Positions 40,515-52,452 of a DNA stretch of 64,000 nucleotides are shown one piece after another. The notes below the pieces were generated by a model, which searched no databases, was not told where the DNA came from, and saw nothing but the letters and a program-made list of their open reading frames with translations. The stretch covers positions 81,158,001-81,222,000 of the forward strand of contig OZ024747.1 in NCBI GenBank assembly GCA_964016885.1, written 5' to 3'. This DNA comes from Eledone cirrhosa (taxonomy: Eukaryota). The position numbers and the translations under genes are program-made. Every line of letters begins with the position of its first letter. Position 1 is the first letter of the stretch.

Positions 40515-43185
40515 GACACTGATGCTAACTACCTCCCAAATATCCGACAGTGACTATATAATTATCGCAGGCGACCTAAATGGTCACGTTGGACAACATT
40601 GTGACGGCTACGACGAAATCCATGGAGGCTATGGGTTTGGTACTAGAAATGAGGAAGGCTCCAGAATCCTGGAATTCTGTGATGCAAATAACCTAACTAT
40701 CTGTAACACTAACTTCAAAAAACGTGACAATCACCTGATCACCTATAGATCCGGGGAACACACAAGCCAGGTAGATTATATCCTTACCAGAAGACGTGAC
40801 AGAGTGTCTGTTGTTAACACTAAATCCCTCCCCCATGAAGAATGCACCTCCCAACATAGACTGATAATTAGCGACCTCATAGTCAGGACGAGACGTACTC
40901 GACAACAGAAGAGGACTATCCTCAGGAGGAAAATATGGAAGTTAAAGGACCCCACAGCCAGGAATAAATTTCAAAGCATATTACTTGATGCTTTCGACAG
41001 TAAGGAAGAACATTTAGAGTCGGACAATATAGAGGGAGAGTGGGAATTTCTGAAAGCAAACCTGCTGTTGGCGACAGACGAGGTCTGTGGCTGGAGCAGG
41101 CCTGTAGGCAGGAGGAGAGTAACATGGTGGTGGAACAGTAAGGTGGAGGGGTCAATTAAGGCCAAAAAGCAGGCTTGGAAAGTATGGCGGGATGGGGGAA
41201 GTAGAGAGGACTATCAAGTGGCCAGGAGGGAAGCTAGGAGACAAGTGTACTTAGCAAGAAGGGAAGCTGAGGAAAGAAAGTTCAAGCATGTTCTACAACG
41301 CGATGACCAAAAACGTGAGGTGTTCAGGATTGCTAGGCAATGCGTCAAGGAAAACCGTGATATTGTCGGGGAGAAGTGTGTACTAAACGACGATGGCACA
41401 CTTGCCATCACCGACGCTGATAAGAAGGTAGCTTGGAAGTGTCACTATGAAAGGCTTCTAAATGAGGAGAATAATTGGGAGAAAGGCAGTCTCCCCCATA
41501 TCGACCCAATAGAGGGACCAGCAGTGTTAGTCGAGGGGAGTATAATAAGTAAGGCAATCAAGGATATGAAGACTGGTAAGGCGGCTGGGCCTTCGGAAAT
41601 AGTTGCTGAGATGCTGAAGGCATCTGGCACGGTGGGACACACCATGGTCACCCGCATAGTTAACCAAGTCGTACAAAACGGGGTTGTTCCGAAGGACTGG
41701 CATAGCAGCATCATCGTTAACTGTTATAAGGGTAAAGGAGACGCCCTAGATAGGAGTAACTATAGAGGCATTAAATTAATCGACCAGGTCATGAAGGTCA
41801 CGGAAAGAGTAATAGCGCAGCTAATCAGAGAGAGAATTGACCTAGATGAAATGCAGTTCGGGTTTGTGTCAGGCAAAAGTACCACAGACGCTCTTTTCAT
41901 AGTACGACAACTACAAGAGAAGTACCTAGCTAAAGGTAAACCCCTCTACTTAGCTTTTGTCGACTTGGAGAAAGCCTTCGACAGAGTCCCCCGCTCCATT
42001 ATCTGGTGGGCTCTTAGAAAACTAGGCGTTGACGAATGGCTTGTGAGGGCTATACAAGCCATGTATAAAGAAACAGTCAGCAAGGTTAGAATTAACAACG
42101 AATATAGTGAAGAGTTTAGCGTAAAAGTCGGCGTCCATCAGGGCTCTGTTCTCAGTCCACTACTATTTATTATTGCCCTTCAGGCCATAACAGAGGAGTT
42201 CAAGACAGGCTGCCCATGGGAACTCCTATACGCAGACGACCTGACACTCATAGCGGAATCAATGGCCGAGCTAGAGAAGAAATTCCAAACATGGAAGCAC
42301 GGCCTAGAGTCAAAAGGACTTAAAATTAACCTGGCTAAGACCAAAGTACTAGTTTGTAGGAAAGAAAACAAGGCGGCGGTCCCTTCTGGGAAATGGTCGT
42401 GCTCGGTGTGTAGGAAAGGCGTAGGTAGAAACTCCATTTTATGTCCTAAATGCAAAGTATGGGTGCATAAAAGATGTAGTGGGATCACAGGTAGGCTAAC
42501 TAAGAACATAGATTTTACATGTGGCCGGTGCTCTGGTGCAATAAGTAGCAGCAAGTGCCCACAAACTACTAGCTCTTTCAATTGCGCAGAGGGTTCTATA
42601 GAAATAGTGGACAGCTTCCGTTACCTGGGCGATAAAATCAGCAGTGGGGGAGGGTGCTCTGAAAGTACTGTAGCTAGAGTCAGAACTGGTTGGAAAAAGT
42701 TCAGAGAGCTTATACCACTATTAGCTGCTAAAGGGTTCTCACTAAAAATGAAAGGCAGGTTGTACGATGCCTGCATACGAACAGCAATGCTGCATGGCAG
42801 TGAGACCTGGGCATTGTGTGCAGAGGATATACGCAGACTAGAGAGGAACGAAGCTTGCATGCTCCGCTGGATGTGTAACAGTAATATACGTGAACGGCAA
42901 AGCATAAACGAACTAAGGAATAAATTAGAGATAAGAGGGATCAGATGTTGTTTACTCGAGAGAAGGCTACGTTGGTATGGACACGTGATGCGCATGAAAG
43001 TCGATAGCTGTATAACAAAGTGCAGGGCAATAAAGATAGACGGTAGTCACGGAATAGGCAGACCTAGAAAAACCTGGGACGAGCTGATAAACTCCGACAT
43101 CACACACTTACACCTCTCCAAGACAATGTCACTGGACCGAGACCTTTGGCGGTACTCAGTAACAGAGAAGACCCGCCTTACCTAA
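40432..43185 (+). CDS. RTE ORF, main part: APE C-half, reverse transcriptase, PHD finger, C-terminal domain
   Basis: SAYAPQ, GDLNGH, QVDYIL, SQHRL, NYRGIKL, QFGF, FVDLEKAFDRV, GVHQGSVLSPLLF, YADD (42229-42240), C4HC3 finger, FRYLG and RLRWYGHV. There are 917 codons without a stop. Confidence 0.95.
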   Translation: MSSIELRVISAYAPQSGLPGTIKDRFYETLMLTTSQISDSDYIIIAGDLNGHVGQHCDGYDEIHGGYGFGTRNEEGSRILEFCDANNLTICNTNFKKRDNHLITYRSGEHTSQVDYILTRRRDRVSVVNTKSLPHEECTSQHRLIISDLIVRTRRTRQQKRTILRRKIWKLKDPTARNKFQSILLDAFDSKEEHLESDNIEGEWEFLKANLLLATDEVCGWSRPVGRRRVTWWWNSKVEGSIKAKKQAWKVWRDGGSREDYQVARREARRQVYLARREAEERKFKHVLQRDDQKREVFRIARQCVKENRDIVGEKCVLNDDGTLAITDADKKVAWKCHYERLLNEENNWEKGSLPHIDPIEGPAVLVEGSIISKAIKDMKTGKAAGPSEIVAEMLKASGTVGHTMVTRIVNQVVQNGVVPKDWHSSIIVNCYKGKGDALDRSNYRGIKLIDQVMKVTERVIAQLIRERIDLDEMQFGFVSGKSTTDALFIVRQLQEKYLAKGKPLYLAFVDLEKAFDRVPRSIIWWALRKLGVDEWLVRAIQAMYKETVSKVRINNEYSEEFSVKVGVHQGSVLSPLLFIIALQAITEEFKTGCPWELLYADDLTLIAESMAELEKKFQTWKHGLESKGLKINLAKTKVLVCRKENKAAVPSGKWSCSVCRKGVGRNSILCPKCKVWVHKRCSGITGRLTKNIDFTCGRCSGAISSSKCPQTTSSFNCAEGSIEIVDSFRYLGDKISSGGGCSESTVARVRTGWKKFRELIPLLAAKGFSLKMKGRLYDACIRTAMLHGSETWALCAEDIRRLERNEACMLRWMCNSNIRERQSINELRNKLEIRGIRCCLLERRLRWYGHVMRMKVDSCITKCRAIKIDGSHGIGRPRKTWDELINSDITHLHLSKTMSLDRDLWRYSVTEKTRLT

Positions 43186-43589
43186 ATATATAGTAAAACC
43201 TACTCCAGCCAGTAGGCATCTCTAACAAATACACCCCGTCCCACCACCCCCACCCGATCCACACCACCCCGTTCTATGTAAAGTTATGTTGGTGCCGCGC
43301 CATCGAGGCCGAAACAAATGAGATCGTGTAGGTGTCACGACAAAAAAACACACAGTCCACGCTGTAATGTGGCCGTGTAGGCAACACGGTAAAAACCTCC
43401 CAGACCCACACTGTAAATGTGGTTGGTGTTAGGAAGGGCATCCAACTGTAGAAAACCTGCCAGACAGTCCTATGCGAGCAAGACAATCACTCTTGCCTCA
43501 AGTGGGACTACCCCCGTCCAAACCCATGCAAGCGTGGAACACGGACGTTAAACGCTGATGATGATGATGATGATGATGATATATATATG

Positions 43590-43943
43590 TATCAACATAT
43601 GTTAACCTTGGTCTTCCTCTTCTAGTGTGTCCATGTAGGGGCTCCCAAAGGAGCACTGAGTGCAATGTCAACTCTGGATGTTGGTGAGCATGTCCAGCCA
43701 ACCTCAGTCTCCTCTGTGTCACTTTTGAGCTGACTTTTGGGATGCTCCCATACAGCTCTGAGTTTTTCATCCTCAGTGTATACTGATTAATGTTCAGAGC
43801 CATCCTCAGCATTCTCGTGTAGCACCCATCCACCATCTGGTCTGTTGGAGATGCAGGATATGGCAGCGATAATGAGGGACAGAGACCGCTGGAGAGAACT
43901 CGTCCATGGATCTCGGGAATTTTACCCGCCTTAGATAGATAGA
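43590..43943. mobile_element. RTE/RTEX-like LINE fragment with 5' inversion
   Basis: About 43590-43855 encodes DGCYTRMLR...RGRPRLTYVD on the minus strand. 43860-43943 encodes [18 protein letters not shown] plus a (TAGA)n tail on the plus strand. Confidence 0.85.
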
Positions 43944-44322
43944 TATATGTATATGTATATATGTGTATATATATATATATGTATATGTATATATGTGTAT
44001 ATGTATATGTGTATATGTATATATATATATGTGTATATGTATACATTTATATGTATATATGTGTATATGTATATATATATGTGTATATGTATATATATAT
44101 ATGTGTATATGTATATATATATACATGTATATGTATACATTTATATGTATATATGTGTATATGTATATATATAAAACATGTATATGTATACATTTATATG
44201 TATATATGTGTATATGTATATATATATACATGTATATGTATACATTTATATGTATATATGTGTATATGTATATATATATGTATATGTATATATGTGTATA
44301 TGTATATATATATGTATATGTA
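43944..44322. repeat. TA/TG compound micro/minisatellite
   Basis: Direct inspection. It includes repeated GTATACATTTATATGTATATATGTG units. Confidence 0.95.
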
Positions 44323-44323
44323 T

Positions 44324-46067
44324 GAGAGAATTGACCTAGATGAAATGCAGTTCGGGTTTGTGTCAGGCAAAAGTACCACAGACCCTCTTTTCTTTGTACG
44401 ACAACTACAGGAGAAGTACCTAGCGAAAGGTAAACCCCCTACTTAGCTTTTGTCGACTTGGAGAAAGCCTTCGACAGAGTCCCCCGCTCCATTATCTGGT
44501 GGGCTCTTAGAAAACTAGGTGTTGACGAATGGCTTGTGAGAGCTATACAAGCCATGTATAAAGAAACAGTCAGCAAGGTTAGAATTAACAACGAATATAG
44601 TGAAGAGTTTAGCGTAAAAGTTGGCGTCCATCAGGGCTCTGTTCTCAGCCCCCTACTATTTATTATTGCCTTTCAGGCTATAACAGAGGAGTTCAAGACC
44701 GGCTGCCTATACGCAGACGACCTGACACTCATAGCGGAATCAATGGCCGAGCTAGAGAAGAAATTCCAAACATGGAAGCACGGCCTAGAATCAAAAGGAC
44801 TTAAAATTAACCTGGCTAAGACTAAAGTTCTAGTTTGTAGGAAAGAAAATAAGGCGGCGGTCCCTTCTGGGAAATGGTCGTGCTCGGGGTGTAGGAAAGG
44901 CGTAGGTAGAAACTCCATTTTATGTCCTAAATGCAAAGTATGGGTGCATAAAAGATGTAGTGGGATCACAGGTAAGCTAACTAAGAACATAGATTTTACA
45001 TGTGGCCGGTGCTCTGGTGCAATAAGTAGCAGCAAGTGCCCACAAAATACTAGCTCTTTCAATTGAGCAGAGGGTTCTATAGAAATAGTGGACAGTTTCC
45101 GTTACCTGCGTGATAAAATCAGCAGTGGGGGAGGGTGCTCTGAAAGTACAGTAGCTAGAGTCAGAACTGGTTGGAAAAAGTTCAGAGAGCTTATACCACT
45201 ATTAGCTGCTAAAGGGTTCTCCCTAAAAATGAAAGGCAGGTTGTACGATGCCTGCATACGAACAGCAATGTTGCATGGCAGTGAGACCTGGGCATTGTGT
45301 GCAGAGGATATACGCAGACTAGAGAGGAACGAAGCTTGCATGCTCCGCTGGATGTGTAACAGTAATATACGTGAACGGCAAAGCATAAACGAACTAAGGA
45401 AAAAATTAGAGATAAGAGGGATCAGATGTTGTTTACTCGAGAGAAGGCTACGTTGGTATGGACACGTGATGCGCATGAAAGTCGATAGCTGTATAACAAA
45501 GTGCAGGGCAATAAAGATAGACGGTAGCCACGGAATAGGCAGACCTAGAAAAACCTGGGACGAGCTGATAAACTCCGACCTCACACACTTACACCTCTCC
45601 AAGACAATGTCACTGGACCGAGATCTTTGGCGGTACTCAGTAACAGAGAAGACCCGCCTTACCTAAATACATAGTAAAACCTACTACAGCCAGTAGGCAT
45701 CTCTAAAAAAATACCCCCCCCCCCGTCCCACCACCACCACCACCACCCCATCCACACCACCCCGTTCTATGTAAAGTTATGTTGGTGCCACACCATCCAG
45801 GCCGAAACAAATGAGATCGTGTAGGTGTCACGACAAAAAAACACACAGTCCACGCTGTAATGTGGCCGTGTAGGCAACACGGTAAAAACTTCCCAGACCC
45901 ACACTGTAAATGTGGTTGGTGTTAGGAAGGGCATCCAACTGTAGAAAACCTGCCAGACAGTCCTATGCGAGCAAGACAATCACTCTTGCCTCAAGTGGGA
46001 CTACACCCGTCCAAACCCATGCAAGCGTGGAACATGGACGTTAAACGTTGATGATGATGATGATGAT
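44324..46067 (+). mobile_element. 5'-truncated young copy of the PHD-RTE
   Basis: Very similar to 41830-43580. It has a frameshift near 44440, a 12-bp deletion before LYADD, a stop at 45064 and a (GAT)n tail. Confidence 0.97.
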
Positions 46068-46307
46068 ACATGTATTTACTATTAATAATAGAAAAATGAT
46101 AGTAAAATAGCAGAAATGGTTAGACACTAAACAAGGGAGCTCAAACTCCAATGCAGCTCAATGACATATGTACCAGTAATTTAATATTAATAATTCAGTA
46201 AACAATATCCTGCCATTGCAAATTCTGTCTTGTGCATAAAGAAGAATATGATATTTGATTGTATATACATATAAGTCATTTTAACTACAATTTAAAATTA
46301 CTGTAAG

Positions 46308-46650
46308 GGCAGACATGGCTGTGTGGTTAAGCCAAGTATGTGGCACCTTAAGCAATTATCTTCTAATATAGCCTCAAGTTGACCAATGTCTTGCAAATTA
46401 AATTTAGTAGAAAGACACTGTACAGAAACCTTCTGTGTGTGTCTGTGTGTGTGCACGCGTGTGCATGTGTATGCATGTATGAGTGTGTGATGTCTTTGCT
46501 TCTGTTTACTGCTTGTTTATATTCCATAACTTTGTACTTCGACAAAAGGAGATTGATAAAATAAGTACAGTGGTAGATATGATCAGCTAAATTACTTGAA
46601 GGTGGGTTCCATAGCATGGCCACATAATCTAATGAGTGAAACAAGTAAAG
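46308..46650 (+). mobile_element. Decayed tRNA-derived SINE-like element with internal (TG)n
   Basis: GGCAGACATGGCTGTGTGGTTAAG head and TCTTCTAAT...ACCAATG segment. A related copy lies at about 47660-47880. Confidence 0.45.
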
Positions 46651-46860
46651 AAATCAAATTAGATTTCATGAAATTCAGATAAATCAGATTTAATTTTTAT
46701 GTGTAGAATATTTTTCATATGAATATAATTGCATAGTTATTTTGTTTTTAAATAAAATTGAATACACTTTGGCGTTTAGATAATTGCTTTAAAAGTAAAA
46801 CATTTTGGGGTAATTTGTTTGATTTTCTATGTCTCTTTGTAATATGATTTTTGGAAATTA

Positions 46861-46967
46861 TGATATGCATGGGTGTAAGCATGTGTATGATATGGATGGG
46901 TGTAAGCATGTGTATGAATATGGATGGGTGTAAGCATGTGTAGGATATGGATGGGTGTAAGCATGTG
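46861..46967. repeat. 27-28 bp minisatellite, four copies
   Basis: TATGGATGGGTGTAAGCATGTGTATGA repeated. Confidence 0.9.
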
Positions 46968-47173
46968 AGTACTTTTGCATGTAAGTGATTCTGTATTTAA
47001 ATGTGTCTGTATGATAGTCATCTACTAGCAATATATACCCAATTAAATGAGGATATTTTGCAGAGGTAATCGAATATGATATCAGAAGTAAAATATTACT
47101 AAATCTGTATAATTACATCTTAAATCAACTTAGAACAATATACAGCTATCATGAAATATAGATTCTTGATAAT

Positions 47174-47358
47174 TGTTTCTACTTTTGGCACAAGGCCAGC
47201 AATTACCCAGTACATTACTGGTACTTTATTTTATCGACCCCGTAAGGATGAAAGGCAAAGTTAACCTTGGCGGGATTTGAACTCAGATCATAAAGGGGCG
47301 TAACTCTGTGCTGCAAAGCATAGCGTCTGACCCTCTACCGATACTGCCAATCAATTGC
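47174..47358 (-). mobile_element. Family-B SINE with 18-bp target site duplication
   Basis: ATATAGATTCTTGATAAT at 47156-47173 and 47359-47376. Confidence 0.9.
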
Positions 47359-47506
47359 ATATAGATTCTTGATAATGTTAGAAATATATGATTAAAAAAT
47401 ACATTCCAGTCATGATAATCCCATCTTTAATTTTTTCTTATTCAGATATGGTATATCTTGAAGACGATGTTATCTAATGTAAGAAGCAAGTGTTAAATGT
47501 CTCTTA

Positions 47507-47605
47507 GCTTTTGCATTTCATCCTTACGGGGGTCGATAAAATAAAGTACCAGTAATGCACTGGGTAATTGCTGGCCTTGTGCCAAAAGTAGAAACAATTA
47601 TCAAG
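47507..47605 (+). mobile_element. 3' half of a family-B SINE, inverted relative to the neighbouring copy
   Basis: Near-exact reverse complement of 47165-47260. Confidence 0.85.
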
Positions 47606-48955
47606 CATATCTAGCTTGTTAATAAGCTATCTATTATATATAAGCAAGGCTACACACAGTCATGGCTGCATGGTTAAAAAGTTTGATTTGTAGACATGTA
47701 GTCTTGAGGTTCTATCAAAATACATAAAACCATAGGTAAGTGTCTTCTAATCTAGCTTTGCATCAACTAATGACTTGTGAGTGAATTTGATAGATGTAAA
47801 CTGTACAAAGCCCATTATATGTGTGTGTTTCTGTGTGTATGTGTGGCTGGGTATTTGTCTTTTATCTTTACATTTGGTATTGCTAAGGTGAGAGATAATA
47901 ATTGTTTGCACTCCATGTAAACAGAAATCCTGTTTCTCAGAAGTTATACATGCAAAGATCCATAGATAGTGTTGCTATCAGGAGGGAAATCTGGTCATAG
48001 AATTCTGTTTCAAAATGTTTCATGCAACCCATACAGTAGTAGAAAATGGATGTAAAACATAATGATGATAATATATAACAAATAATGAAGAGAAATTTTA
48101 AGAATATCAACATAAACAATATTGAATATTCATATTTGTAAAAACAATAGAAAAATAAGTAAATAAATAGAAAAATAATTAATAAGGTTGTTAAAAAATA
48201 TTAATACTAGTACATAACCTGCCAAATAAGAGATATGTTGTTCAATTCCTATCAGCCAGTTCAATGTTCTGTATTAAATCTCAAATGTATTTTTTACAAA
48301 TGTGTAACATTTATCATTATTGTAATGAAATATTAGCTATTTCATCATAATTTATTCATATTTTCTGGTGTTAAGCCTTCTCTACTCTCTGAATTAAAGT
48401 TGAATATATTGCTATGTTAGACAGCAGAAGCACACGTGTAAATCTATCTACTAAAAGTCACTGATCACTTCCAGATGAAATATCTAATAACCACATTGAA
48501 GTGACAGTCAAAAATGGCAGATAGACATACATAATTTAGTTTTAGAAATTGAAAATACTTATTATATGTTGTTTACATGCTAGCACCTCTTCCCCAGAAA
48601 GTTACAGATACAGGGAAAATTATTTATCAGTGAGGTTCTTGTGATTTTAAAATCTCAAATAATGATATTTAGCTTTCAAGCCAGCAAAGATGTTAACACT
48701 TCTCACACCTCCTACTACCACTTCCGGCTAGTAATTACATAAACAGAGAGAAAAGATGGCACTTACAAACTAAAAGGTTTTCTCTAATTTCCAAGGTTTT
48801 TAACTTCTGATGAAGAGATTTTATCTAAAAAATTAAGGTAGTATTTGAATAAGAACAGGTAAAACAGAGCAGCTTTGTTACCTTCTTTTATCTTAAATTA
48901 TACCACATTTTTTGCATTGTCACAGCCTCCGAATTACATACATTCTTATATATAG

Positions 48956-51439
48956 CGACAGATGAAATATGTGGCTGGAGCAGACCTATAGGCAGGAGGA
49001 GAGTAACTTGGTGGTGGAACAGTAAGGTGGAGAAGTCAATCAAGGCCAAAAAGCAGGCTTGGAAAGTATGGCGGGATGGGGGAAGTAGAGAAGACTATCA
49101 AGTGGCCAGGAGGGAAGCTAGGAGACAAGTGTACTTCGCAAGAAGGGAAGCAGAGGAAAGAAAGTTCAAGCATGTTCTACAACGCGAGGACCAAAAACGT
49201 GAGGTGTTCAGGATTGCTAGGCAATGTGTCAAGGAAAACCGTGTCCTTAATGATGATGGTGTACTTGCCATCACCGACGCTGATAAGAAGGTAGCTTAGA
49301 AGTGTCACTATGAAAGGCTACTAAATGAGGAGAATAATTGGGAGAAAGACAGTCTCCCCCACATCGATCCAATAGAGAGACCAGCAGTGCAAGTTGAAGG
49401 TAGTATAATAAGTAAGGTGATCAAAGGTATGAAGACAGGCAAGGCAGCTGGGCCTTCAGAAATAGTTGCTGAAATGCTGAAAGCACCTGGAACGGTGGGA
49501 CACACTATGGTCACCCGGATAGTAAACCAAGTCATACAGAATGGGGTCGTTCCGAAGGACTAGCGTAGCAGCATCATCATTAACTGCTACAAGGGTAAAG
49601 GAGATGCCCTAGATAGGAGTAACTATAGAGGCATTAAATTAATCGACCAGGTCATGAAGGTCACAGAAAAAGTAATAGCGCAACTAATCAGAAAGCGAAT
49701 TGATCTAGATGAAATGCAGTTCGGGTTTGTGTCAGGTAAAAGTACCACAGACGCTCTTTTCATTGTACGACAACTACAGGAGAAGTACCTAGCTAAAAGT
49801 AAACTCCTATACTTAGCTTTTGTTGACTTGGAGAAAGCCTTTGACAGAGTCCCACGCCCCACTATCTGGTGGGTCCTCAGTAAACTAGGTGTTGACGAAT
49901 GGCTTGTGAGAGCTATACAAGCCATGTATAAAGAAACAGTCGGCAAGGTTAGAATTAACAACGAATATAGTGAAGAGTTTAGGGTAAAAGTTGGTGTTCA
50001 TCAGGGCTCTGTCCTTAGCCCCCTCCTATTTATTATTGCCCTTCAAGCTATAACAGCAGTTCAAGACCGGGTGCCCATGGCAACTCCTATACGCAGATGA
50101 TCTAACGCTCATAGCTGAATCAATGGCCGAGCTAGAGAAGAAATTCCAAACATGGAAGCACGGCCTAGAATCAAAAGGCCTTAAAGTTAACCTGGCTAAG
50201 ACTAAAGTTCTAGTTTGTAAGAAAGAAAATAAGGCGGCGGTCCCTTCCGGGAAGTGGCCATGCGCAGAGTGTAGGAAAGGCGTAGGTAGAAATTCCATTT
50301 TATGTCCCTAATGCAAAGTATGGGTGCATAAAAGATGTAGTGGGATCACAAGTAAGCTAACTAAGAATATAGATTTTATATGTGGCCGGTGCTCAGGTGC
50401 AATAAGTAGCAGCAAGTGCCCACAGAATACTAGCTCATTCCATTGCACAGATGGTTCTATAGAAATAGTGGACACCTTCCGTTACCAGGGTGACAAAATC
50501 AGCAGTGGTGGAGGGCACTCTGAAAGTACAGTAGCTAGAGTCAGAATGGGATGGAAAAAGTTCAGAGAGCTTATACCACTATTAGCCGCTAAAGGTTTCT
50601 CTCTAAAAATGAAAGGCAGGTTGTATGATGCCTGCATACGAACAGCAATGTTACATGGCAGTGAGACTTGGGCATTGTGTGCAGAGGATATTCGCAGACT
50701 GGAGAGGACCGAAGCTTGCATGCTCCGTTGGATGTATAATAGTAATATATGTGAATGGCAAAGCATAAATAAACTAAGGGAGAAATTAGGAATAAGAGGG
50801 ATCCGATGTTGTTTACTCGAGAGAAGACTACGTTGGTATGGTCACGTGATGCGCATGAAAGACGACATCTGTATAAAAAAGTGTAGGGCGATAAAAATAG
50901 ACGGTAGCCACAGAGTAGGCAGACCCAGAAAAACCTGGGATGACTTGATAAATTCCGACCTCACACACTTACACCTCTCCAAGACAATATCACTGGACCG
51001 AGATCTTTGGTGCTACACAGTAATTCAGAAGACCCGCCTTGCCTAAGTACAAAGCGAAACCTACAGTCAGTAGGCACCTCTTAACAAAAATAAATCCCTG
51101 TCCCACTACCCCTACCCCATCCACACCACCCCTTTCGATGTAAAGTTATGTTGGTACCACAACATCCAGTCCGAAATAAATGAGGGCGTGTAGATGTCAC
51201 GACAAAAAAACACACAGTCCACGTTGTAATGTGGGCGTGTAGGTAACACGGTAAAAACCTCCCAGTCCACACTGCAAACGTGGTTGGTGTTAGGAAGGGC
51301 ATCCAGCCGTAGAAAACCTGCCAGACAGTCCTATACGAGTGAGACACGGTCTCCCGACCAATCTTGCCTCAAGTGGGACAATTCCCATCTAAACCCATGC
51401 TAGCGTGGAAGATAGATGTTAAACGATGATGATGATGAT
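48956..51439 (+). mobile_element. 5'-truncated, older copy of the PHD-RTE
   Basis: Collinear with 41071-43580. It has several stops (49297, 49561, 50309), a frameshift near 50057 and a (GAT)n tail, and TA runs flank it. Confidence 0.97.
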
Positions 51440-52136
51440 ATATATATATATACACACACACACATATATATATACATATGTATACAATAAGTGGATTTGG
51501 TGTTTTAGAAGAAATCAAAACAAATGAAGAACAACTTTTTATGTATTTGTTAAATAGTAAAGACAGAACATCAGTAGATGTGTAAATATAGGTATAAAGT
51601 ATAATAAAAGTAAAATCTATGTTAAAAATGTTAGAGGCTAAACACTTGTAGAAAATTGTAGCAATTATATAAAAATTGACAGAAGGAATCTTTTAACATA
51701 ATTTGAAATAAAGACCACCAAGTTATAGGTGTAGATTTTTGCCACCTCCCTATTTCTCAATTTTGTGTCTTTCCCTTTTTCTCTTTCTTTTTTCCTTATC
51801 ATATTGTAATTATATTATGTAGAAATATAAATGGAGAAACAACATTCAATAGTTATACACACACACATACCTAATTCCTTGAGTAAATGCTTAGATGATG
51901 ATATACAGACATATATATATATATATGTACATGTATATGGGATAAAAAATTATCGTTATAGGTAATCCAGTTAGAGGTTGTGAGTACTCTGTATTGTGGA
52001 TAGTTTGATTAGGCATACACTGTATTTAAGATTGAGTGACACAACTTCAAGTGATTAGCAAGCTTTAGACATCCTAATCAATGAACTGTAAATAAAGCCC
52101 TTTTTGTGCTGTTGACCATGTTATTCTTCACTCTTC

Positions 52137-52201
<65 letters not shown>

Positions 52202-52307
52202 TAAACGGAATAGAAAATGATGACAAATTGCTCACAGTGAAAAATAGTTTAATTTGGAATAAGTGAGAATTAGTAATAGTATTGGTTAGCATTCAGTTTT
52301 GTTTTAA

Positions 52308-52452
<145 letters not shown>

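Larger units (their letters stand above)
39792..43580 (+). mobile_element. Near full-length RTE-clade non-LTR retrotransposon
   Basis: 5' leader, single APE+RT coding region, about 370-bp 3' UTR and (GAT)n tail. No target site duplication was found. Confidence 0.97.

Noticed and set aside
23380-43600. Target site duplication enclosing array plus RTE
   Set aside because: The left flank (CAATTACTAATGCAGAG) does not match the sequence after the tail (ATATATATGTATC), so co-insertion is unproven.
48718-48770. ETS (CACTTCCGG) plus YY1-like (AAGATGGC) promoter motifs; similar pair near 59868-59912
   Set aside because: These are short motifs with no associated gene, so they are compatible with chance.
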